A stretch of 60,508 bases of DNA, counting the filler, from Dugesia japonica (lineage: Eukaryota), in NCBI GenBank assembly GCA_001938525.1. It is 5 parts of 5 records of this genome, joined end to end, with 100 filler letters (N's around TTAATTAATTAA, not from the genome) between each part and the next. Parts side by side here need not be neighbours in the genome. Positions count along the whole stretch, not along the records: positions 41,523 to 51,548 come from MQRL01617793.1; positions 51,649 to 60,508 come from MQRL01647594.1; 3 more parts are not named here. The stretch is one strand, 5' to 3'. Positions 49,950-60,508 of the stretch are shown piece by piece. Every line of letters begins with the position of its first letter. The stretch's first letter is position 1. Made by a program: the position numbers and the translations under genes. Under the pieces are notes generated by a model. It ran no database searches and was not told where the DNA came from. It saw nothing but the letters and a program-made list of their open reading frames with translations.

Positions 49950-50925
49950 TTTAACTCAATATTTATCTGGGCATTGTTGTGTAAAGTACAAAAAAATATA
50001 TCTGTGAGGATTTGTATTGTCGCATCTTTACATTAATCCAATAGAAATAGAAAAGTTATAATTTGGGTACGCTTGTCTTGCTAGAAAATCAACAACAGTT
50101 TGATCTCTAGAATTTTTAAATATAACCAAGTATTGAACATTTAAATTACGAGCACAACCTTGATGAAAGATATGTTGTGTAATGAATATCATAGAAACAT
50201 TACAATGTCTTGATATCTTAGTGAATACATTGTTAAAGTCCTTTGCCTGACTCTTTTTTGTAGAATTTCTCCCCCTAAATTGTCATAAAACAATTTAAAA
50301 TTTGTAGCTTTAAGAATAAACTAAATTCCTTTAAAATTTAAAATAGAATCTTAAGAATCAATTTAAAATTTTCGATTTTGTATTTAATTGGAATAATTAT
50401 GGAGATAAATTTACTAAAACCGCAGCCTTGATTTCTTACAAAGATGTGGTATATTGGCGCAAAATAAAGTATGTTCTATTGGCCATCAAATGCATCTATA
50501 TGTCAATGACAAGGAAGAAAGATGGTGGTGCCGAAAAAGATATTGTCGAACAGAACAATCTTTAAAGAAAGGTATAATTATTGAAGACATTACTATATAT
50601 TGGCCACCATCTTAGAAACCTTCGGTGATATACATTGTTTATTGATTGGCTGTGTAATGAACTTTAAATTTAGTATTTAATAAATGGCATTTCATGGTTA
50701 AGTTTGGCACTTTTGGGGTAATTCTACAAAAGAGATCTTTTCCTTATTACCTTCCTGGTACAGATCATCAACAACAATCACATCTGGTTTCAGCCTCTTG
50801 CTCCAATTTTCATTGAATTCATTTATAATTTTCATTTTTATATTATAAAACTCTGATTGAGTCAAACCATGCTCTGTATATGCACCTCTATGCAAATATA
50901 TTTTGTTGAATTTTGACTTTAACTA
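49950..50925 (-). pseudogene. Polinton/Maverick A32-like packaging ATPase, interrupted by a Merlin element
   Basis: KSKFNKIYLHRGA...VIVVDDLYQEGNKEK | DFNNVFTKISRHCNVSMIFITQHIFHQG...LNVQYLVIFKNSRDQ...LARQ (Walker B, SRH arginine finger, ITQ). Confidence 0.85.
50249..50736 (+). mobile_element. Internally deleted Merlin (IS1595-like) DNA transposon
   Basis: ~30-bp imperfect TIRs (ctctttt(tt)gtagaatt...). 8-bp TSD ctttgcct / cttttcct. Zn-ribbon peptide FLQRCGILAQNKVCSIGHQMHL...WWCRKRYCRTEQSLKKG. Confidence 0.7.
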
Positions 50926-51548
50926 GAGCTTTCAATTTTCGACAAATTTTTCAATATCCGGGTTTTGTTCCCCCAGTTGTCCCAGATTAAACTCTTTTAA
51001 ATAGAACATTAGCGGTATCGGTGAAATTTTACTTTAGACAAATTTATTATACAGTAAACTTCATTTAAAAGCAAAACTCTTAAAGATAAAAAACACGCTC
51101 AAAGAGAATTTTTTCGGTTCAGTTTTATATAACTGGAATATTTCACGTATGAAATACTCTGCATAAATAGAAACTCCGCCTATAGAGAACAAAATTCCCC
51201 TATCTCGCTGATGTTTTATCTTAGCAGAATCCATTGTAGCTTCTTTAAAATAGTTAAACCCGGAAAAACTCTAGGCTCAAATTTAAAACCTGGGNNNNNN
51301 NNNNNNNNCAAATTTTTTTAGTGAAATAATTTCCAAAAACATATTACTTACAATTTTTTCAATAATTTATCTATAAATATTTGTATATAGTTTATTCTAA
51401 ACTTGTATTAAAGAAAGAAAGTTTATATTCTATTTACTGGGAGAAAATTTTTTAAGTGACAAAATTTTAAATAAATTAAAATATTTTATTATAAAACTAT
51501 TTTTTTAAACAGTTAAGTTTAAATTTTTTAACATAGCCCTCCTGTCCA

Positions 51549-51648
51549 NNNNNNNNNNNNNNNNNNNNNNNNNNNNNNNNNNNNNNNNNNNNTTAATTAA
51601 TTAANNNNNNNNNNNNNNNNNNNNNNNNNNNNNNNNNNNNNNNNNNNN
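51549..51648. other. Artificial contig linker
   Basis: 44N-TTAATTAATTAA-44N. Confidence 0.95.
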
Positions 51649-51989
51649 AATAATAATAATAATTGTGAATATTTATATTCGCAAATCAAGCTATGTAAAA
51701 TAATAATTATAATTATCATCGACAATCATTCAGATTATTTAATCATCCAAATCAATTCCACTATATCTATCATCACAATAATTATTCATGTCAGCATTAA
51801 TATTAAAAAACGTGGTCGAACTATAACTTAATTGCAGTGAAATTAAATTGAATTTTAAATTAAAGTAAATAAATTGTGGTAGAAAAATTAAAATTTTCAA
51901 AATCAATAAAATTGACAGAAGAATAATAAAGTTATTACAAATGAAATTAAAATTCCAAAAATTATACATTTACTTAAAATAATATTTAA

Positions 51990-52310
51990 ATTTCTATAAT
52001 ACTCAATATTCCTGTTTTTAAAATATTTCTAGTGATAGCCATACATTTATTAAACGTGTTATGGGTTATGACTGGAAAATGGATGATAAATTTCGTTGAT
52101 GTAATAAATCTATGTGGAAAATTCCCATTGAAGGANNNNNNNNNNNNNNNNNNNNNNNNNNNNNNNNNNNNNNNNNTGCAAATAAACACAAATTTATAAA
52201 ATTATTGCAAAACTCTTATTAATTTGTCTCGAGAAGCATATTTTTCCAAAATAAAACTTTAAAAACGAGAATTGACGATATGTCAGAGTAATAATTCACC
52301 AACTTTTAGA
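51990..52310 (+). mobile_element. PLE reverse transcriptase fragment (related to the 1060-1325 copy)
   Basis: Frameshifted SDSHTFIKRVMGYDWKMDDKF..DVINLCGK-IPIEG matches YEWKSDDEFGSLDVTNLYGSIPIEG. Confidence 0.65.
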
Positions 52311-53044
52311 GTAGTAAGTTTTATAAACTGTATCAAAAAAGATAATATCAATACTAGAGAAAATGCAAAAAATAAAATAATGTCTATTCAATGGCTAACT
52401 TATTTAAATTAATATAAACATATGAAATACACACAAAAATTGNAGAAAACAGCCTCAATTCAAAAAGTATAGTAAACAATATAAAAACAAAAATTATAGA
52501 AAATAGTTTTAATTTAACGGCTTATAATAAATAAAAATGTAAATGTTCGTTTGTTCAAAATAGAAAAATATCAAATCTTTTCACAGATAGCCTTGAAAAT
52601 TTGACACAACGTTGCATTCGAATCCAGGCATGTTCATAAATACCTATTATATTTTAATATGCCTATTCAAATATATTTAAATGAAATTAATTAATTCATT
52701 GTGAAATTTAATTTGTTTGAATATTATTTAAACAGGATATTAACTAACAATCCTTTTGAATCTGATTTAAATAATTTTATAAAATTGTAAAATGATATCT
52801 ATTTGTTAAATTTAATATCAGTAATACAATGATGACTGGTGAAAGTGGAATCTCAGAATTGTTAAAGCTGCAAAAAGATAAAGTAGTTTAATATTAATAA
52901 TTCACCTGTAAAACATTTAATTTGAGATAATATTGACAATAAAAGAGGAATTATAAAAATAATTGATAACAATAATGTAAGTTAATATAATTTCATTGTT
53001 TGTCTCATATTTTTAATATTATAATATACATTTTATCATTTCTA

Positions 53045-53782
53045 ATCTCCAACAGAGTTATGGGAGAAATATAAATGTCTGAAGAGATTTTCCACAGAAT
53101 ACACAAAAAATTCAAAAATTACAGTGAATCTCACATCAAAAATCTATAAGGAAGTGTTGATAATGACTGAATATTCGTGGATAGATATTGCAAACACAGT
53201 TTTCAATCAACTGGTGCTACTTCATTCGATGCAGAACTACATCGTAAATAAAATTAGAATACTGGTGATCTTTTTTCATATGTGCAATTAAATATTCCTA
53301 AGCTAACGATCGAGCCAAAAATATTTACAATNNNNNNNNNNNNNNNNNNNNNNNNNNNNNNNNNNNNNNNNNNNNNNNNNNNNNNNNNNNNNNNNNNNGT
53401 AAAACGTTCCTAATTAAATTGATTCTAGCAACAATTCGATCACAAAATGGCATTACCTTGGCTCTTGCGTCGTCTGGAATAGCTACAACATTGCTACCAG
53501 GTGGAAGAACTACGCATTAAGCTTTGACGTTGCCATTGAATATGCAATTCATCTGGCCAGGGAAACGTAGTACAGAAATGCACACTTATTGTTTGGCGTA
53601 TAAAAAATCACTTGAGGCTCTTGATCGATCATTGCATGATTTACGTAAAAACATCAATGCTTGCCTGAAATATTCTACTTTATGGAGCTACGTAAAGACC
53701 TTAAAATTAACTACAAATATGCGTATTTAGCTACAAAATGATCGATCAGCTGAGATATTCTTACATAAGTTACGGAAAATTG
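53045..53782 (+). mobile_element. Helitron Rep/PIF1 helicase fragments, internally deleted
   Basis: SPTELWEKYK; KTFLIKLILATIRSQNGITLALASSGIATTLLPGGRTTH; KKSLEALDRSLHDLR; NACLKYSTLWSYVKTLKLTTNMR. Confidence 0.9.
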
Positions 53783-55139
53783 NNNNNNNNNNNNNNNNNN
53801 NNNNNNNNNNNNNNNNNNNNNNNNNNNNNNNNNNNNNNNNNNNNNNNNNNNNNNNNNNNNNNNNNNNNNNNNNNNNNNNNNNNNNNNNNNNNNNNNNNNN
53901 NNNNNNNNNNNNNNNNNNNNNNNNNNNNNNNNNNNNNNNNNNNNNNNNNNNNNNNNNNNNNNNNNNNNNNNNNNNNNNNNNNNNNNNNNNNNNNNNNATC
54001 AATGTTTATTAGTTTAAATTTTTAAATGTAAATTTAAAAATTAATTGTAGAGATTTAACAAAATCTTTGTTTACAAATTTTTTTTAATTTAAATATTTAG
54101 TGAAAAGTTTTAAAAGAAATTTTTATCGGTTTAAATATTTCTTTTATTTTAAAATTTCCTTTGATTATTTATTATTTTAAATATTATTTGAATTATTATT
54201 ATTTTATTATTATAGTCTTTATTTGTTATTTTAATTAAATTTATGAAAATAATTAACTAATAATTTATTATTTGCTATTTATTTAAAAATTTAGAACACT
54301 TATTCTTTATTTAGTTTTATTTTAATATCATTTGATTATTATTGTCTTTATTTTTAAATTATNNNNNNNNNNNNNNNNNNNNNNNNNNNNNNNNNNNNNN
54401 NNNNNNNNNNNNNNNNNNNAAATTTATTAAATAAAAAAAATTTGTTTAAATTTATTAAATAAAAATATAAATTGCATAAGCCAATTTTGGGAAGAAACGT
54501 CCAGAAAGCAAAAAGAATTTGATAGAAGAATTATGTGTTTTAATAACGTTTGGACTTGAAATTCTTATTTTAATTGAATTAAATGAAACAAACAAATAAA
54601 TCTAACACATAAAGCGATATTATAATTTCTTTCTTCTATTTTAACAATGAATACAAATAAAATGAACAGGAATCTTAGGAAATAATTAAATTATCTTTTA
54701 AAAAATGTGAAATGTTACCAAAATGTAAAAATTATACAAAACTTCAAACTGAAACATAATCCAAGAATGACATTCACAATCACTCAATTACAGAAATCAA
54801 GACATAACATTTGTGATCGAAAATTCGTTTGTGATGCAAACATTTATGCAACAAAAATTTCACTTAAAAAAAACAAAATATGAAATATCCTTAACCAATA
54901 GAACAAGAATTAAAGTATACCTCAAACGCAAAGAAATGTGTCTATAAACATTTGCAGCACGCTAACTAAGTGACATAGGAACCAGATTAGATAACATAGA
55001 AAACACAGAGCCTAACTACATATCCACATTAAAAATCAAAACCCAATTCTAAAGTCCTAGTTATTTAAAATAATTCATTTACATCAACAAATACTAAAAG
55101 TTTATAATATAAAATAAAAATATAAATAATATATAATAT

Positions 55140-55610
55140 AACTAGGTTAGTGAGAAAAACTTTTGGTGTAGTAAATCTACAAAACCCAAAGCTTTGCTCG
55201 CTAACCTAGTTTATCACTTCAATTGTAACGAGTGTGATACCATGTTCATTGGATAGTCAAAACGTCTTTTTTGCACACGTGTTCGTGAGCATATGCAATT
55301 GATTATAAAAAGTTCGGTTCTAGATCATGACTTTTTCTGCAAAAATAGAAAGGCAAAATTAGCATTGATAAGTTTACAGTTTTGAACAGCAGTTTTGGTA
55401 ATTATTTTGAAAAAATTGCGTGCGAGGCTTTAAGAATTGGGTCACATAACCCGATTCTAAATAATCAGATTGGCACACTTTCACTTTTAAATTTATTTTA
55501 ATCTTATTTTATTGGATTGATAACGTAACAGGATTTATCGACCAATATATGAACAATTTCTTTCTTATTTTACAACAGTAACTGATTTGTCTGAAACATG
55601 TCTTACAAGT
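55140..55610 (+). mobile_element. PLE 3' end: GIY-YIG endonuclease and degenerate hammerhead
   Basis: NLVYHFNCNECDTMFIG*SKRLFCTRVREH and EALRIGSHNPILNNQ, then gtaa-CTGA-tttgtct-GAAA-CATG-TC-ttac at 55578-55606. Confidence 0.8.
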
Positions 55611-56573
55611 AAAAATATTGAAAAATAGCGTTTTTTCATATTCATATACATAAATATGATAAAATATTAAATTATTTATTATAAAAGCTGTGCAGAATAT
55701 TATCAAACTTTGTTATAATAAACTGTATTGAATATATATAAATTTACAATATAATATTTACGTTATTAATGTGAAAATACGGGTCTAAACATTAAAATCA
55801 AATTTCCTAAATATCTAACACCCACAAGAAAGGTAATCATATTATTTTCTTATCATTTTTAGAAGATGAAGTCCCAAACAAACCAAAAAGTTCCTAGAGT
55901 TATTTCATAAAAATGTATTTCGCAGTACTAATTAATTATAAAAAAATTAATATTTTAATCAATATTGTAATCAAAATGATATCAATTAAATAATTAATCA
56001 ATTTTTTAGAANNNNNNNNNNNNNNNNNNNNNNNNNNNNNNNNNNNNNNNNNNNNNNNTATTTATAAAAATTCGTTAAATTGTTTTTCATTTTAATTTAT
56101 TAATAGAAAATATAGATTAAATAATTAGTTCAAACTTTGTAACAACATCATAAACAATGATCGACTAAATGCTTATCAAAACAATCAATGTTTTAAGATT
56201 CAAAGTCCTAATCATAAATTAAAAACTTCCAGATTATGTCAAATTTCAAATTAAACTGGCAATTATTACTTCACATTTTTTTCAAATAAAAAGTCCAACT
56301 TTAATAAAACAAAAAATAATTTACGAACGAAACTTTTCAATGAAAATCAATAGGAAATTATATTCCATCAGTATTTTCTGACTATCAACTATTTTCAAAC
56401 AAGGAAATATTAAGAAAACTTAATAAATCAAAATTTTCTAATTTCATTAATCACTTAATAAATCGCACAATTTCATAAATTATTTCCACAGTATACTTTT
56501 TAAATATTTATTAATAAATTATTTTGCAATGATAAAAGTTAATAAAGAATTATGATAATAAATAATTCTATTC

Positions 56574-56642
<69 letters not shown>
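56574..56642. repeat. (AAT)n microsatellite
   Basis: Perfect AAT run into an N gap. Confidence 0.95.
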
Positions 56643-59117
56643 NNNNNNNNNNNNNNNNNNNNNNNNNNNNNNNNNNNNNNNNNNNNNNNNNNNNNNNNNN
56701 NNNNNNNNNNNNNNNNNNNNNNNNNNNNNNNNNNNNNNNNNNNNNNNNNNNNNNNNNNNNNNNNNNNNNNNNNNNNNNNNNNNNNNNNNNNNNNNNNNNN
56801 NNNNNNNNNNNNNNNNNNNNNNTCTTACTGAAAATTCTTAATACAATAAAAAATATTTTTATTTTCATAATCGTATGTAGATCTTTTGCATTGTTAAAGT
56901 CATTGTTATTGTTAGATGAGTTTGAAGTAATCATCGTAAAATTAATGTCAAAACTGGTTTCCATAAAAGATTTTTTCACAAAACAAAACTATATCCATCA
57001 AAATTTGTATATTCAAAGAAATTAAAACTATGTTTTAATTGGAAATCATTTTTCAATTTATTCACATTTTAGACAAAATTTTTACTTTATTATTAAATTT
57101 TCACTTAAAACATTTTCGAAATTTTAAATAAAATATTCATTTATTATTAAAATTTCAATTAAAATATTTCAGAACTTTAAATAAAATAGTCATTTCTAAA
57201 AGTCTAAAATAAATTGTGTATAAAAATATTTAAACTAATCCCTAAACTATTCATAATTTTTATACAAAAATTTTAATTTAATTTACTTTAATTTCTTATN
57301 TAATTTCTAACTTTCAATTTTTAAAAAAAAATTTAAGAAAATGATTTCGAACCACACAAAAATTTCAACTCACTTTTCAAAACATATTCACAGTGATATT
57401 TAATTTTTAAAGTTTTAATGAATTCACCATTTCACGTATGCATCAATATGTTAAAATACCTAATTTTGTTATTCGAACTTATTCAAAATAGTATAATAAA
57501 TAATTTCTTTATCTGATAAAAATATTAATCATACAAAAATTCCTAAATAACAGCTAAAACCTTGCAAAATTTCATTCAATAAATTTTATAAGTTTAGAAA
57601 TTGTGTTTTGTTGTAAATATTAAAAAAATCATTTTAGATGAAAAATATTTTAAAAAATTTCTTGTATCCAAGATTTTAGTGAAATTTCTCAATTTACAGA
57701 AAAAACAATAAAAATATAAGAAAGCAAGTTTATTCTGAGGACCCCTTAATTGTTGAATTTTATTTAATTTTCAATCTGAAAATGAGAATAATTAGAGTAA
57801 ATTTATTTGCAAAATTTTGTATGGCTTCAATTTTAATGGTTTTTTTCATATTTGTTTAACGCAATGACTACATATCTTATGGTTCTCTAAACCCTACGTT
57901 TTTCAAATAAATTTATAAATATAATTTGAGTGATGAATCATTGTTAAATATTTTAAACGTTTAGCAATATTAATATATTTCATTTCGAATATTTGAAATC
58001 AAATATTTAAACTGCAAAAATAAAACAAATTATTTATACTACTTAATAATGTAAGTAGTATATTATAATTATTTGTGTGCAAGCGTTCTAGAGTCAGTAA
58101 GTGAATTGGGTATTTAAAATTTTTAGGATAATAAAGTCAAGTCACATAATTTCCCTGGACATATTTGTCGAAGATATTGAAAATAAAATACGACAACATT
58201 AATCCAAGACTGATATAAATATTTTCATACTTTTGCCTTTTATTCCTTTTTAATTTATTTTTACAAATTAAAAATAAATATTTTCTATGGTAAAATTAAT
58301 AAAACGTTCTTAATATTAATAAAAATATAATTAATCAAAATTACAATAAACAATCTAAGATATAATACGATTAGTTTACTTTATTGAATTTAAAAGTAGT
58401 ATTTTCAAACTATGCAACTAAAAAATAAACTATTTAAAAATTAAATCTTCTTTTTAAGATGTTTCTTAGAATTTTAGTATATCAACTGTTATTTGTCTCA
58501 TCAAAGATTACATCTAAAAGAGAAATATACACACGAATTGCCAAAAACTGACATTATAGATGTAAAAAAGAAAAATTAAAAGAATTGAAATATATTTGTA
58601 TTTAACAATAAAATAATATTAATCAATTTACATATGACAAAATATCGATGGAAAAATATTATGCACATATTTTAAAAATGTTACGGATGAATTACGAAAT
58701 GAAAGCTGTTGACAAATAAATAATTATATATTTCTCCTTACTATTAATATATGTATATTCCAAAATATCCTGTATTAATAGTAATTATATATTATCACCC
58801 TTATCAATTACTCTGAAACAATGATGAGCAAATATTTTTAAATCTAAATGTGAATAAATGTGAATAAATGTGAATAAATTTAAATAAATTTAATAGATGC
58901 GGTTGTATTTTCATTACACTCGTATAATCTGTCAATGAAGTTATTCTTTAAAATTCAGAATTAATCCTTTATAGGACAATCTTTTTAATTTTTAATCTCC
59001 ACATGATTGAATCCGAATCATATTTGTCTCTTGATTAGGTAAAAACTATTTTAAAAATATACAAATATTTATAAGTTAAATAGGTAAGTTAATTATAATG
59101 CCATCAACCGCCTAGGA

Positions 59118-59416
59118 CAGGGATCCACAATATTTTTTCTAAACAGGCCACATCATCAGTTTAAATCACTGTCGCGGGCCATGCATGCAAATATTTCGGT
59201 CGGAAGGTTATGCATCAGTGATATAATAAGTACTATAGTATACTATAACATAGAAAATTTAATATAGTACTGGTAAAGTATCATTTTCCAGCTAATATTT
59301 TTGAGAAGATTGTTGTGAATCTGTGAAATATTGGTTGTAAAGAATTATATTTCTATAAAAAAAATACATTTTAGATTTTTTATTGACTTGTGTTGCGGGC
59401 CTTGTGTACATCCCTG
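59118..59416. mobile_element. hAT-type MITE (older)
   Basis: TIRs cagggatccacaa / ttgtgtacatccctg, internal gcgggcc motifs, degenerate TSD gcctagga / gcccagag. Confidence 0.55.
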
Positions 59417-60508
59417 GCCCAGAGGTTATTTAATATGGATATTTCTAGAAATAAATAATAAATGGCATGCTTATTTGCTACTGTCTTGTAAAGAGTTAAA
59501 TAAATGAAATAAATCTCAAGTATAATCAAATTATCTTGTGGGTCTTGTTTCTTGCTTCCAGGCACCGATGTAAATATAAAAAAGGAGCAAAAATATTAAT
59601 TTTTTATTGGTTACATAATTATTTGCCTATTCAAGTAAGTTTAATATAATAGTTATTTCAAAAACAAACAGATTTCTTAGTTTTGTAAAATTTTTCAATC
59701 TGCAGATATATGATAAATTTTTGTACAAAATAATTGCTAATAGTATGAGTAAAAAATGCCGTCAAAGTCAAGTAATTTAATTTTACATTAAAATTTTCTA
59801 TCAATTCATTCAGCATGATGTACATTATAGAATAGTTATTTTTTAAATAAGAAATTAGGAATACAAAATAAAATCAGCAAAAATAAAAATGAAAACATTT
59901 GCATTGAATAGTTTCATTAAAATGAGTAGTTTTAAAATGTTTTATTTTCCATAAATATTTTAATTTGCAAAGTAATATATTTAAAAAAAAATGATATAAA
60001 ATAATGACGAGTTTCATTTAAAAATATTGTTGACTAATTATTAAATTACAACTTTAAATTTTTATATTTCATTTGAAAACTTAATATTATAAACTACATA
60101 ATGCATTGAAATATTTGAGTTTCTAATTTAATTAATTAGAACTTTTAACATTCATCTTATATTGATTATTATTATTATTATNNNNNNNNNNNNNNNNNNN
60201 NNNNNNNNNNNNNNNNNNNNNNNNNNNNNNNNNNNNNNNNNNNNNNNNNNNNNNNNNNNNNNNNNNNNNNNNNNNNNNNNNNNNNNNATTTAAAATCAAA
60301 CAAGTATTTTTATATTTAAAATATTATAATTTCATATTTGAAATTTTTATTAATTAAAATGGTGGACAGAAAATCAATTCGTTCCTGCTTATTATGAGTT
60401 TATACTTGGATCTAATGACACAGAAGATTGTCAAAAGATTTGATTTACATTTGGAAGAGATAAAGTAAAGGAAAAAACTACTCGTAATTGTTTCCATAAC
60501 TTCATTTT

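Noticed and set aside
56539-57025. Poly-Ile ORFs on both strands
   Set aside because: Produced by (AAT)n plus the N gap.
54480-60445. Possible downstream IQCB1 exons (QFWEETSRKQKEFDRR; KWWTENQ)
   Set aside because: On a different contig beyond an artificial linker, with weak similarity and unclear splice sites.

Overview
Very AT-rich, intron-containing eukaryotic DNA. It is probably planarian (an inference from composition, ~45-50 nt introns, a TRAF-like gene and the transposon spectrum). The window is not one contiguous locus: four 100-bp 44N-TTAATTAATTAA-44N linkers join five separate contigs. Host genes: a complete 3-exon TRAF-like gene, a Mitoguardin-like exon, EF-hand/USP32-like exons, a UBX-domain (UBXN10-like) exon, the first exon of IQCB1/NPHP5, and two terminal exons of an unknown gene. 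Most other sequence is decayed mobile DNA: Ty3/Gypsy, Penelope-like elements (PLE), Polinton/Maverick, Tc1/mariner, Merlin, Helitron, MULE and several hAT MITEs with target-site duplications. The most notable unannotated signal is a dispersed set of minimal type-I hammerhead ribozyme motifs (CUGANGA-stem II-GAAA-palindrome-UH) in three sequence families. Some sit directly behind GIY-YIG remnants and several are arranged as head-to-head palindromes. Also notable: a TBP-like fragment bracketed by inverted repeats, a GC-richer cluster of spliced orphan coiled-coil ORFs, and a Merlin element whose removal restores a Polinton ATPase reading frame. All family assignments come from motifs recognised by eye; no database searches were run.
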